Positions 28,108-38,014 of a DNA stretch of 64,000 nt are shown here, piece after piece. The DNA is taken from the NCBI GenBank assembly GCA_963674945.2, contig CAXXWQ010000003.1, forward strand, positions 1,472,001-1,536,000. Direction: 5' to 3'. Origin of the DNA: an uncultured Desulfosarcina sp. Lineage in GTDB: Bacteria; Desulfobacterota; Desulfobacteria; Desulfobacterales; Desulfosarcinaceae. The notes beneath the pieces were generated by a model that worked only from the letters and a program-made list of their open reading frames with translations, had not been told where the DNA came from and searched no databases. The number at the start of each line of letters is the position of its first letter. Within the stretch, counting starts at the first letter, position 1. The position numbers and the translations under genes are program-made.

Positions 28108-28880
28108 TATTTCAGCCCTCCTTTGGCCTTGAGCAGTTCAATGAGCTTGGCGATGATCTCTTCGGTGCTGCCCTCGAGCATCTCGGCACCATCGCCCAGT
28201 TCCGGAACGAAGTAGTCGGCGCGCTTCACATTGGCCTCGCCCAGGTCAACGCCGAGATCCGATGCGCCCAACTGGGGAATCTCCACCGAGGCCACCTTGC
28301 GGATGCCCCGGATGCCCACGTAGCGCGGCTCGTTGATGCCCGTCTGAATGGAAAGCACGCAGGGTAAAGAAATCTCGTTCATCTCCTGGTTGCCCCCCTC
28401 GATCTCGCGGCCTACCTTGAGCTTGTCGCCGGCCACCTCGATCTTGTTCACCAAAGAGGCGTAAGGGTAATCCAGCATGGCGGCCACCATGCCCCCCACC
28501 TGGCCCGCGCCGCCGTCGGCCTGGGCACCGGTGAGGATCAAATCGTAGTTGCCCTTTTGTACCGCCGCCGCGAGGAGCGCCGCCGTCTGCCGGCCGTCGA
28601 TGCCGTCAAAGGCGTCGTCGCAGAGCAAAATACCGTTGTCCGCGCCCATGGCCATCTCCCGGCGAAGTACCTCTTCGGACTCGTCGTCGCCAACGGTTAC
28701 CACCGTCACCGATCCGCCGTGCGCGTCGCGCAGTTGAATCGCCTCTTCCACGGCGTAGTTGTCCCACTCGTTGACCGAATAGACCAGGTCGTCCCGTTCG
28801 ATATCACTACCGTCGCCGGACACCTCGATCTCGTTCTCCGCGGTGTCGGGAACCCGTTTCACACAGACGAGTATTTCCAT
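28107..28880 (-). CDS. etfB: Electron transfer flavoprotein beta subunit
   Basis: ILVCVKRVPD, NEWDNYAVEEA, MAMGAD, GQVG, NEPRY. Confidence 0.95.
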   Translation of the reverse strand: MEILVCVKRVPDTAENEIEVSGDGSDIERDDLVYSVNEWDNYAVEEAIQLRDAHGGSVTVVTVGDDESEEVLRREMAMGADNGILLCDDAFDGIDGRQTAALLAAAVQKGNYDLILTGAQADGGAGQVGGMVAAMLDYPYASLVNKIEVAGDKLKVGREIEGGNQEMNEISLPCVLSIQTGINEPRYVGIRGIRKVASVEIPQLGASDLGVDLGEANVKRADYFVPELGDGAEMLEGSTEEIIAKLIELLKAKGGLK

Positions 28881-28911
28881 AGGTTACCCCCTGTTATCTT
28901 TTCATACACAG

Positions 28912-29036
28912 AGAATTCAGGAGCCAGAATTCAGTATTCAGAATCCACCGGAAGTCGCTTCGCTCCATCCGCTTCAATTTGATTGAGCCAAAGGCGAATT
29001 ATTCTTCTGGATTCTGACTTCTGTCTCCTGGATTCT
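28912..29036. repeat. Heptamer-armed palindromic REP-like element
   Basis: Left arm AGAATTCAGGAGCCAGAATTCAGTATTCAGAAT is the near reverse complement of right arm ATTCTTCTGGATTCTGACTTCTGTCTCCTGGATTCT; inner TCGCTTCGCTC/GAGCCAAAGGCGA stem. Confidence 0.75.
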
Positions 29037-29112
29037 ATCAATCGAATCTTCTATTTCCAATTCTTAATTGTCACCTAAAGTGGCGGGCGATCAATCGCGA
29101 CAGACCGATATC

Positions 29113-30927
29113 CTACAACCCCCCAAACCCCTCATCCGGTAATTCTATGGCGGCCGGATCGCCGGCGGCAATGACCTCCAGTTTTCCCATGGTCACCGGT
29201 AGGATGGTGTTGATGAAAAAGGTCGCCGTCTTGACCTGGCCGATGTAAAAGGCCTTTTCTTTTTTTCGGGCACCCGCGATCTTGGGTGCTGCCACCACGG
29301 CCCGCCACAGATGCATCCACCCCATGATGACATCCCCCATGGCTTCCATGAATGGTACCGAGTGGGCGAAAGCCACTTTTGCCTTTTCGGATCGCGCACT
29401 GTGTCCGATTACCATGGTCACTTCGGCCAGACGGTTGAGACAGGCCTGAACCCGGTCTGCCAGGGAAACCAGATCGTCCATCTGGCGAGCCTGGATGGTA
29501 ATCTTTTTTATCCTTTCGAAAAAACGCTTGAAAGTGGCCCCTTTCTTATGGCCCAGCTTGCGGCCCAACAGGTCCATGGCCTGGATACCGTTTGTCCCCT
29601 CGTATATGGAGGTGATTTTGCAATCCCGCGTGATGGCCTCCACCGGATAATCCTTCGTATAACCGGCACCGCCGAATACCTGTATGGCCTGATAGCAGAC
29701 CTCATAACCGCGATCGGATCCGTAGGCTTTAACGACAGGCGTCAACAATTCCAGAAGGTCGGCTGCTTCATCGCGCTCTTCGGGTAAGGACGCATTGATG
29801 GAGAGATCGATCAAGTGCCATGAGTAGTAGACCAGGCTGCGCAATCCTTCCGTGTAAGCCTTCATCCAGAGAAGGTTGCGGCGGACATCCGGGTGCTGGA
29901 GGATCGGCACCGAGGCCGCTTTGTGATTGGCAAAATCCAGAAGATCCCGCCCCTGAATCCGTTGGCGTGCGTAATCCAGTGCACACAGGTAGTTGTGGGA
30001 TGCGTATGCAAGGGCCTGTGCGCCCGTTGCCAGCCTGGCGCCGTTCATCATGTTGAACATGATTTTCATTCCCTGTCGCTCTTCTCCCAGCAAGAATCCG
30101 GTGCACCGCCCCTTGCTGCCCAGCGCCATGCTGCAGGTGGCGCTGCCGTGGATGCCGTGCTTCTCTTCGATGCCCGTACAGAGAATGTCGTTTCGCTCTC
30201 CCAAAGAGCCGTCCGGATTGACCAGGATTTTGGGGACGATGAAGATGGAAATCCCCTTGGTCCCAACCGGATCGCCTTCGATACGCGCCAGTACAGGGTG
30301 AATGATGTTTTCTGCCAGGTCATGCTCACCGTTGGTGATGAAAATTTTATTTCCGGTGAGTGAATAGGTTCCGTCGGGATTCTTCACCGCTGTCGTGGTC
30401 AGGGCACCGAGATCCGTTCCCGCATCCGATTCGGTTAACAGCATGGTCCCGCCCCATTTGGCGGTGTACAGATTCTCCAGATAGGTGGTTTTCTGTGCTT
30501 CGGTGCCGTACAGTGCGATCATTCGTGCCGTTCCATTGCCCATGGAAAGAAAGGACGAAAGAGGCCAATTACCCGCCATCAGGTACTCCCGGATGGCAGC
30601 GGCGATGATCTGCGGAAGACCTTGTCCGCCGTATTCTTCCGGTGCGCTGGGAGCCGTCCACTGGTTCTCACGACCCAGTTCATACACCCGCTTGAAGCTC
30701 TCCGGCATGCGGACCTCGCCATTTGCGAACCTTGGTCCGATTTTGTCTCCGTCTGCGTAGGATGGAAGCATCTCCTTGATGGCAAAGTTACGGGCCTCGG
30801 TTACGATCAGGTTGAGTATTTTCTTGTTGAGATCCTTGTATGGTTCCAGCTTGCAAAGTTCTTCCACGGCAAACATTTCATACAAGTTGAAATCCACATC
30901 CCGCCGATCAGCTAACTGCTGGGCCAT
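29113..30927 (-). CDS. Acyl-CoA dehydrogenase (600-aa FadE5/DmdC-like class)
   Basis: GTMLLTESDAGTDL, GNKIFIT.GEHD, HPDVRR, IYEGTNGIQAMDLLGRK. Confidence 0.92.
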   Translation of the reverse strand: MAQQLADRRDVDFNLYEMFAVEELCKLEPYKDLNKKILNLIVTEARNFAIKEMLPSYADGDKIGPRFANGEVRMPESFKRVYELGRENQWTAPSAPEEYGGQGLPQIIAAAIREYLMAGNWPLSSFLSMGNGTARMIALYGTEAQKTTYLENLYTAKWGGTMLLTESDAGTDLGALTTTAVKNPDGTYSLTGNKIFITNGEHDLAENIIHPVLARIEGDPVGTKGISIFIVPKILVNPDGSLGERNDILCTGIEEKHGIHGSATCSMALGSKGRCTGFLLGEERQGMKIMFNMMNGARLATGAQALAYASHNYLCALDYARQRIQGRDLLDFANHKAASVPILQHPDVRRNLLWMKAYTEGLRSLVYYSWHLIDLSINASLPEERDEAADLLELLTPVVKAYGSDRGYEVCYQAIQVFGGAGYTKDYPVEAITRDCKITSIYEGTNGIQAMDLLGRKLGHKKGATFKRFFERIKKITIQARQMDDLVSLADRVQACLNRLAEVTMVIGHSARSEKAKVAFAHSVPFMEAMGDVIMGWMHLWRAVVAAPKIAGARKKEKAFYIGQVKTATFFINTILPVTMGKLEVIAAGDPAAIELPDEGFGGL

Positions 30928-30948
30928 CTCACCCTCCTTCTCGTTCCA

Positions 30949-32112
30949 TTATCGATTTGCTTTTCGGTAACCGAGCTGATCGGTTGCGATGATCGACTTG
31001 CAAATGTTGGCAGAGCCTTCCACCATAACGTAGGTGGGGATGTCCCGGTAGTACCGGGCCACGGGGTACTCGGTGGAGTACCCGTAAGCGCCCAGAATCC
31101 GCATGGTGTAGCCGGCACATTTCATGGCGACCTCACCGGCAAAGTACTTGGCCTGGGCCGCTTCAAGCCCATTATTCTCATTGCCGTTGTCTTTCTGCCA
31201 TGCCCCCTTGTAAACCATAAGTCGGGCTGCCTCCACCTCGGTGGCCATCTGGGCGATGAGATCCTGGTTCATCTGGAACTTGCCGATGGGCCGACCGAAC
31301 TGATGCCTGTCGTTGCAATATCGTGTGGCGATGTCCAGGCATGCCTGGGAACATCCCACGGCACCGGCTGCAGCGGAAATCCGCGTGTTGTTCAATGAGG
31401 CAAAGACGATATTCGCGCCATCTCCCACGTGGCCGAGCAGGTTTTCTTTCGGTACCCGGGTATTGTCGAAAAAGATCTCGCCGGTGGGTGAGGAGTGAGA
31501 GCCAAGCTTGTCCAGGTCGGTTGTCTTGATGCCGTTGAAATTCTTCAACTCGATGACAAATGCCGAGAGCCCCCTGCTTCGCTTTTCTCGATCCGTGTAG
31601 CAATAGAGAACGATTACATCGGCCTGGTGGGCATTGGAGATCCAGGTCTTGGAACCGTTGATCACGAAATGATCGCCTTTTTCTTCTGCGATGGTCTCCA
31701 TGGAGAAAATATCAGATCCGGCGTTGGGTTCGGTAATGGCAAATCCTCCGAGATATTCACCGGAACAGATTTTTGGGACATACTTCTTTTTTGCCTCTTC
31801 GGTGCCGTACTTGTAAATGGGATAGGCGCATCCGATACCGCTGAGGTTGAGTTGCACACGGAGCGAACTGGATGCGCGCGCCACCTCTTCGGTAATGATC
31901 ACCGACGCCAGCCAGCCCATTTCTTCACCGCCGTAAGCTTCCGGAATCACTGCACCCAAAAACCCCAACGCTCCCATGGGGCGAAGGACCTCCTTTACCG
32001 GAAGGTAGTGGTCGGCATCCCACTGATCCGCATTCGGGGCGATCTTCTTTGTGGCAAATTCCCTGACCGCCGTTTGCAGCATTTGAAGTTCAGTTGACAG
32101 CGTAAAATCCAT
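30949..32112 (-). CDS. acd: Glutaryl-CoA dehydrogenase, non-decarboxylating type
   Basis: Closely follows the Desulfococcus multivorans enzyme as recalled: MDFxLSxELQMLQ, SSxLRVQLN, AYGYSTEYPVAR, MVEGSANICK, DQLGxRKANR. Confidence 0.82.
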   Translation of the reverse strand: MDFTLSTELQMLQTAVREFATKKIAPNADQWDADHYLPVKEVLRPMGALGFLGAVIPEAYGGEEMGWLASVIITEEVARASSSLRVQLNLSGIGCAYPIYKYGTEEAKKKYVPKICSGEYLGGFAITEPNAGSDIFSMETIAEEKGDHFVINGSKTWISNAHQADVIVLYCYTDREKRSRGLSAFVIELKNFNGIKTTDLDKLGSHSSPTGEIFFDNTRVPKENLLGHVGDGANIVFASLNNTRISAAAGAVGCSQACLDIATRYCNDRHQFGRPIGKFQMNQDLIAQMATEVEAARLMVYKGAWQKDNGNENNGLEAAQAKYFAGEVAMKCAGYTMRILGAYGYSTEYPVARYYRDIPTYVMVEGSANICKSIIATDQLGYRKANR

Positions 32113-32131
32113 ATCGATTGATCTCCTGTAT

Positions 32132-32245
32132 TTGACGACTTCGTGAAAGCTTTTCCAGGCCACGCATGGCTGCACAATGGCATGAAAGAAACTCGTTTTT
32201 ATTTATTTTGCCCATCGGCCAAAAATTCGGGAAAATCTTTTTGTA
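32132..32245. repeat. Degenerate inverted copy of the 27032-27142 element
   Basis: GTGAAAGCTTTTCCAGGCCA...GAAAGAAAC...TTATTTT...GGGAAAATCTTTTT aligns with the reverse complement of 27032-27142. Confidence 0.65.
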
Positions 32246-32278
32246 AAAATAGTTTATGAGAGGAAGGGACAGATTTCG

Positions 32279-33526
32279 TCATCGTGGCTTTCTCTCCAGG
32301 ACAGCCGCGATGCCCAGGCCGCCACCACCGCAGATGCACTCCAACGCGTATCGGGTGTTGCGTCTTTTCATCTCATGCAGCAGGCTCACCAGAACCCTTG
32401 TGCCGGTGCAGGCAATGGGATGCCCGAGGGAAATTCCGGACCCGTTCACATTTACCTTGTGGTAATCATCGGGCCCCACACCCATCTGTTTCAGATCGGC
32501 CAGGACCTGGGCGGCGAATGCTTCCTGAATCTCGATGAGTTCGATCTGATCCTTGGAAACATCCGCCTGCGCAAGGGCTTTTTCAACGGCCGTAGGGACG
32601 GTCTGGTACGCCCGGCGCGGATCGTCTCCCACCAGTGCGCAGCCTAAAAGTGTGGCCAATGGTTCGAGACCCAGTTCCAATGCCTTATCGGCAGACATGA
32701 CAATCACCGCAGCGGCACCGTCGTTTTCCGAAGATGAATTGCCGGCCGTACAGACGCCGCCCAAAACAGGCCTCAGTGTCGATAACTTCGTAAGGGTCGT
32801 GTCCGGCCTTGGATTCTCATCCTTGTCGAAGATGATGTCCCCTTTTTTGGGATGGCGGATGATAACAGGAACCATCTCTTCGTCGAACTTTCCCTGTGAA
32901 ATTGCCTCACAGGCCTTCTGCTGACTGCCCATTGCCCATTCATCACAGGCATTTCGGGAGATATCCGCTTCCTTGGCAGCAGTTTCCGCCCAGGCCATCA
33001 TGGATGGAAGAATTCCGTAGCGCGCTTCGGGCTGTGACATGACCCGCGCCCGCTGAATCCGATCGTAAAAGGGGATACCCCACATGGAAAGGTCGCCATG
33101 CCCCCGCGGCATCCCTTTTTCTCCACCGATACCCCATTTGATTTTTCCGGGCACATAGAATTCGGAATTGCTCATACTTTCCACACCACCGGCCACGACG
33201 ATTTCCATTTGACCGGAAGCGATGAGGGCTGCGGCGAGGCGAACCACGTCCAGTCCGGTGCAGCACCGGCTGTCGATGGTCGTTCCTGCAACGGATTCTG
33301 GCCAGCCGGCGGTGAGAAGGCCCATTCGTGCGATATTCACATATTCGCCATTCTGGTAGGATTGCCCCATGATCACCTGGTCCACCTGCTTCGGTTCGAT
33401 CCCGATGCGGGCCACGGCCTCGTTCAGGACCAATGCCGCCAGGTCATAGGCCTCGACGCTTTTCAGGGCACCCATGTAACGCCCCACCGGCGTTCGCACA
33501 CCGCCGACGATGACGACCTCCCGCAT
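32279..33526 (-). CDS. Thiolase (acetyl-CoA C-acyltransferase)
   Basis: RTPVG, RCCTG catalytic Cys, GGVESMS, TAGNSS, VNVNGSGISLGHP, CGGGG. Confidence 0.93.
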   Translation of the reverse strand: MREVVIVGGVRTPVGRYMGALKSVEAYDLAALVLNEAVARIGIEPKQVDQVIMGQSYQNGEYVNIARMGLLTAGWPESVAGTTIDSRCCTGLDVVRLAAALIASGQMEIVVAGGVESMSNSEFYVPGKIKWGIGGEKGMPRGHGDLSMWGIPFYDRIQRARVMSQPEARYGILPSMMAWAETAAKEADISRNACDEWAMGSQQKACEAISQGKFDEEMVPVIIRHPKKGDIIFDKDENPRPDTTLTKLSTLRPVLGGVCTAGNSSSENDGAAAVIVMSADKALELGLEPLATLLGCALVGDDPRRAYQTVPTAVEKALAQADVSKDQIELIEIQEAFAAQVLADLKQMGVGPDDYHKVNVNGSGISLGHPIACTGTRVLVSLLHEMKRRNTRYALECICGGGGLGIAAVLERKPR

Positions 33527-33548
33527 GTTATTGTTCTCCCTTTTTTGA

Positions 33549-35351
33549 CTAGAAGGAATTGTCCGGTATTTCTACTACCTCATTTCCCGTCCGCAGGCAG
33601 GTTTCGATGGTAGCCAGGGTATGTGGCAAGGTGGTATCCACAAAATAGGTGGCCTGCATAATCTTACCGCGGTAGTAATCGTTTTTCCGGCCCTTTTTGG
33701 CAGCAAAGGGCACGGCAATACGGGCCAGGTCGAGAAGCCGCCAGACCATGGTTACGTCACCAAAAGCCAGAAGCGCCGGATAGGTGCTGGAAGCCCACAA
33801 AAGCGGATCCGATTGCTGGCGGGCCAAAAGCTCTTTCGACGCATCCCAAAGGCGCTCGACAACACCTTTCAATGCCCGCACCCGATCCCCGATCTGTTCA
33901 TCCATCCGGTTGTCGTCGCAGAATTGTTCGATCTCCCGCCGGAACGCACGAAAGCAAGCCCCGCCGTTGATCGCCAACTTACGCCCCATCAAGTCCATGG
34001 ATTGAATTCCATTGGTACCTTCGTACAAGGACATGATCTTTGCATCCCGCAAATACTGCTCTATTGGATAATCCTTGCAGTATCCATATCCGCCAAAGCA
34101 TTGCATGGCCGTTTCGCAAACGCGGAATCCCATGTCCGAGCAGTACGCCTTGATGATCGGCGTCATGAAATCCACCAGGCTGCCGTAGTACTCACGGTCC
34201 ACTTCATCGGAAGACTCTGTCGCCAGGTCGGACCAATAGGCACCGGTGTAAATCATCGACCGCATTCCGTCCACCATAGCCTTCATCCACAAAAGCATCC
34301 GGCGAACGTCCGGATGGTCGATGATCGGGACATCGCCCTTTTTGCGACCGACGAGATCTCTTCCCTGACGTCGATCTTTGGCATAGGACAGGGCGTTCTG
34401 ATAAGCCGTGGAGGCCATGGCCATTCCGCTGACACCGGTGTTGATGCGGGCGGAATTCATCATTTGAAACATGTGGGCAAGACCCTGGTTTTCCTCTCCG
34501 CAAAGATACCCGATGCAGGCATCCCTTCCTCCAAAGGTTAGCGCGGCCGTTGGAGAGGCGTGCAATCCCAATTTCTCCTCGATTCCAGTGCACACGACAT
34601 CGTTGGGTTCTCCCAGTGAGCCGTCGGGGTTAACGAGAACTTTGGGTACCACGAAAAGGGAGATCCCCCTGACACCGGCTGGAGCACCTTCGATTCTTGC
34701 CAGAACGAGATGGACGATATTATCGGTGGCATCATGCTCACCCCAGGAGATAAAAATCTTGTTTCCTTTGATTTTGTAATGGTTGCCGCTTCGAAATGCC
34801 ATGGTCTCCAACGGGGCTAAATTGGAGCCTGCGTTGGGTTCGGTGAGACACATGGTGCCGGACCAGGAACCGTCATACATTTTGGGAACATATAGATCCT
34901 TGAGTTCGTCCGTCCCAAAGGATTCGATCAGATGTGCGGCCCCGGAGGTGAGGCTGGGCCCCATGTTAAAGGACTGACAGGCACCATACATGAGATCGTT
35001 GACCACGATTCGCATCATGTGTGGAAACCCCTGCCCGCCATATTCCGTGTCGCGGGAGGCGGCCGTCCAGCCGTCCTGACCGTATTTTTTGAATGCCTCA
35101 CGAAATCCGGGCGGACACACCAGTTTCCCGTCCTCCAAACGAATGCCGTATTTCTCACCCACCTCGTTCAGTGGGTCAACGACCCCTTTGGCAAAATTGA
35201 TCGCCTCGTTCACCATGAGATCCAGGGCTTTCTCATTCAGATCATGGTACCGGGGAAGTGAACACAGACTCTTATATTCGAGCTGTTCTTTGAGGATGAA
35301 AAAAAGGTCTCTCTGATTGACTTTAAAGTGGCCCATAACCGGCGCTCCCAT
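33549..35351 (-). CDS. Acyl-CoA dehydrogenase (600-aa class)
   Basis: GTMCLTEPNAGS, GNKIFIS.GEHD, HPDVRRML, LYEGTNGIQSMDLMGRK. Start may be 35336. Confidence 0.92.
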   Translation of the reverse strand: MGAPVMGHFKVNQRDLFFILKEQLEYKSLCSLPRYHDLNEKALDLMVNEAINFAKGVVDPLNEVGEKYGIRLEDGKLVCPPGFREAFKKYGQDGWTAASRDTEYGGQGFPHMMRIVVNDLMYGACQSFNMGPSLTSGAAHLIESFGTDELKDLYVPKMYDGSWSGTMCLTEPNAGSNLAPLETMAFRSGNHYKIKGNKIFISWGEHDATDNIVHLVLARIEGAPAGVRGISLFVVPKVLVNPDGSLGEPNDVVCTGIEEKLGLHASPTAALTFGGRDACIGYLCGEENQGLAHMFQMMNSARINTGVSGMAMASTAYQNALSYAKDRRQGRDLVGRKKGDVPIIDHPDVRRMLLWMKAMVDGMRSMIYTGAYWSDLATESSDEVDREYYGSLVDFMTPIIKAYCSDMGFRVCETAMQCFGGYGYCKDYPIEQYLRDAKIMSLYEGTNGIQSMDLMGRKLAINGGACFRAFRREIEQFCDDNRMDEQIGDRVRALKGVVERLWDASKELLARQQSDPLLWASSTYPALLAFGDVTMVWRLLDLARIAVPFAAKKGRKNDYYRGKIMQATYFVDTTLPHTLATIETCLRTGNEVVEIPDNSF

Positions 35352-35363
35352 CGATGTACAAAT

Positions 35364-36233
35364 TTACTTTCGGTTGCCATTTTCGTCGTAGGTATACCAG
35401 CCTCTGCCGATCTTTTTCCCCAGATGGCCGGCCTTTACTTTTCGTCGCAATAAAAGTGGCGGATAAAACCGGGAATCACCGGTCTCCTGATACATGGACA
35501 TCATAGCGCCGTAGGTAACATCGAGACCGACCATATCGCCGGTTTCAAATATTCCCATTTTCCGACCCGAAGCCAGACGGAGTCCCATATCGATGTCATC
35601 GATAGTGGCCACACCGGATTCGACCAGATTCATCGCCTCGATGGTGGAGGGAAAATTAATGCGGTTGATGACAAATCCGGCAACATCCCGATTCACCATG
35701 ATGGGTGATTTACCGATCTTCTTCACGAACCGCCTGCCGGCTTCTGCCGTTTCGTCGGTTGTGGCAATGCCTTTGATCACTTCCACGGCGGCCATCATCG
35801 GAACGGGACTGAAAAAATGAATGCCCAGCACCTGCTCCGGGCGTTTCGTAACGGCAGCCAGTTCGGTTATGGGAATGGCGGAGGTATTGCTGGCGAGCAA
35901 CGCTTTTTGAGGGCACGTTTCGTCCAGCGTTTGAAATATGGTCTTCTTCAGATCCGTATTTTCGAATACCGCTTCGATGGCCAGGTCCACGTCGTCAACT
36001 CGATTGAAACCGGTTGTGAACGTGATCCTTTCCATTATCGTCTGCAGATCTTCTTCCAGCTTGCCCTTTTCGACAAACTTTCCCACCGACCATTCGATCC
36101 CCCGTTTTGCACGGGCCAGGGCATCCGCGGCGACATCGTTGAGAACCACCTCGATTCCTGACTGGGCGCATACCTGGCTGATACCGCTGCCCATCAGGCC
36201 GGATCCGACAATCAGTACCTTTCCGATATCCAT
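35364..36233 (-). CDS. 3-hydroxyacyl-CoA (3-hydroxybutyryl-CoA) dehydrogenase
   Basis: GSGLMGSGI Rossmann fold, EAVFEN, ASNTS, HFFSP, GFVINR, DMVGLD. Confidence 0.93.
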   Translation of the reverse strand: MDIGKVLIVGSGLMGSGISQVCAQSGIEVVLNDVAADALARAKRGIEWSVGKFVEKGKLEEDLQTIMERITFTTGFNRVDDVDLAIEAVFENTDLKKTIFQTLDETCPQKALLASNTSAIPITELAAVTKRPEQVLGIHFFSPVPMMAAVEVIKGIATTDETAEAGRRFVKKIGKSPIMVNRDVAGFVINRINFPSTIEAMNLVESGVATIDDIDMGLRLASGRKMGIFETGDMVGLDVTYGAMMSMYQETGDSRFYPPLLLRRKVKAGHLGKKIGRGWYTYDENGNRK

Positions 36234-36310
36234 GAATCCTCCTCACCGTCATCTTCTTACATTGATAACCAAAGGCATACGTCACCTCAGGTGGTCGCAA
36301 GATCACCTAA

Positions 36311-36532
36311 GGCAATAACTTTGCCAGTGTCCTTATAAAAGCGCGATCCGTTGTCACCTGCTGTGTTTCTAATGCGCAGAAGAAAAAATGGACGTCAGGA
36401 AAAATTTTCGAATACTGCCAGGCTTGTCGATAAGCCTATACAAATTTAAAAACGCCAGCCGTTAACTGATTAGAACAATAATCATTTTTCGATGAATGAT
36501 GAAAATCTTCTACATGTATAGGAGGCTATTCA
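36311..36532 (-). promoter_or_regulatory. Sigma54 promoter and enhancers of the beta-oxidation operon
   Basis: TGGCAAAGTTATTGC (36326-36312, GG-N10-GC); TGT-N12-ACA site at 36425-36442; tandem sites at 36497-36532. Confidence 0.78.
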
Positions 36533-36570
36533 CTTACGTGGCATTCTGAAGGGAGGACACGGGTCGAAAT

Positions 36571-37941
36571 TTACGAGATGCCGTATTTTTTCATTTTCTG
36601 ATACAGACCGGTCCGGTGAATTCCGAGTAGTTTGGCCGCTTCGACACGGTTGTTGTTCGTCTTGTTGAGGGATTGAAGGATAGCCTGCTTTTCCGTATTC
36701 TCCATCAGGTGTTTCAATGAATGGTCGGCTCCGATGGGTAGCGGGATATTCCGGAGGGGTCTGGTCTTTTCTATGGGAAGGTCTTCCCTCTCGATCCGGT
36801 CGCTTTTACACACGATCAGAGCACGTTCGGCGACGTTTCGCAGTTCCCTTACGTTACCCGGCCAATGATAGTTGACCATCATGTCGATGGCTTCATCTGA
36901 AACACTTTTCACGGTCTGCGATTTGCCGACACGAAGTTGTTCGAGGATATGCGCAAAAATGGCCGGAATATCTTCCCGTATTTCGCGCAGGGCCGGCAGA
37001 TGGATATGAAAGACATTCAACCGGTAGTACAGATCCAGACGGAAATCCTTATTTTCCAGCATCTTTTTTAGATCCCGATTGGTGGCACTGATTACTCTGA
37101 AATTGATCGGTTTGGGTGTCTCCGACCCCAGGCGCTCGACTTCCCGCTCCTGAAGAACCCGCATCAATTTGACCTGCAGGGTCAGGGGCATGTCGCCGAT
37201 TTCATCCAAAAAGATTGTTCCGTTGTGCGCCAGCTCGAATTTTCCGGCTTTGCCCTGTTTTCTTGCACCGGTAAATGACCCCGGCTCGTAGCCGAATAGT
37301 TCGGATTCGATAAGATCCGAGGGAATCGACGCACAGTTGACACGAACGAAATTTTGTCTATAGCGCCGGCTTGCGCGGTGAATGGCGTGGGCAAAAAGCT
37401 CCTTTCCCGTTCCGGACTCTCCGGTAATCAAAACGGATGCATCGGATTTTGCGGCCTGCCGTGCTGCGTCTTTGGCTGTTTTGATCCCTTCGGTTTCCCC
37501 GATGATGCTACTGAACGAATATCGCCCACAGTATACGTTTTTTAATGCATCTTCATAGTAGTCGATCTTCGTTTTGAGTGATTCAATATGATCATAAAGC
37601 TTCTTAAGTACTTCCGGGCTCTTGAACATCAACTTACCGGCCGCACCGATCACCTTTCCATCTTTCACGATGGGGATCCGGGAAATGACGCGGTTCCTTT
37701 TTTGTAAAATCATACTGCGACCGATTTCGGCCTTGCCGGTTTTCAATACCCGGGTCAACTTCGTTTGCGGACTGACCTCCTGGATGTGCTTTCCAATTAC
37801 TTCCTTGTTGGGAACCGGGTATACGCCATCGTTTGCCCTGCTCATAAATCGAACGATTCCATCGCCGTCTACTAAAATCAGGCTTTCGTAGGGATTGTCC
37901 AGTAAACCTTCAAGAAGATCGGGGGGTATGTCGTTTCGCAT
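36571..37941 (-). CDS. PAS-domain sigma54-dependent activator
   Basis: N-terminal PAS, GESGTGKELFA, ESELFGYEPGSFTGA, WPGNVRELRN, LGIHRTGLYQKMKKY. Confidence 0.93.
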   Translation of the reverse strand: MRNDIPPDLLEGLLDNPYESLILVDGDGIVRFMSRANDGVYPVPNKEVIGKHIQEVSPQTKLTRVLKTGKAEIGRSMILQKRNRVISRIPIVKDGKVIGAAGKLMFKSPEVLKKLYDHIESLKTKIDYYEDALKNVYCGRYSFSSIIGETEGIKTAKDAARQAAKSDASVLITGESGTGKELFAHAIHRASRRYRQNFVRVNCASIPSDLIESELFGYEPGSFTGARKQGKAGKFELAHNGTIFLDEIGDMPLTLQVKLMRVLQEREVERLGSETPKPINFRVISATNRDLKKMLENKDFRLDLYYRLNVFHIHLPALREIREDIPAIFAHILEQLRVGKSQTVKSVSDEAIDMMVNYHWPGNVRELRNVAERALIVCKSDRIEREDLPIEKTRPLRNIPLPIGADHSLKHLMENTEKQAILQSLNKTNNNRVEAAKLLGIHRTGLYQKMKKYGIS

Positions 37942-38014
37942 TGGATTGCCGCCTTGGTTTCGATTCCCTTCTATCTGCCATTACTTGTAATGATTTCATC
38001 CATTCGCAAATGAT

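Noticed and set aside
27088..28215. 375-aa plus-strand ORF, and similar long antisense ORFs such as 1582-2385, 33621-34541 and 48427-49383
   Set aside because: Opposite-strand shadows of well-supported GC-rich genes.
28912..29036. Short tandem repeats considered as a CRISPR array
   Set aside because: Heptamer units without unique spacers; no cas genes and no repeat-spacer periodicity seen anywhere in the window.
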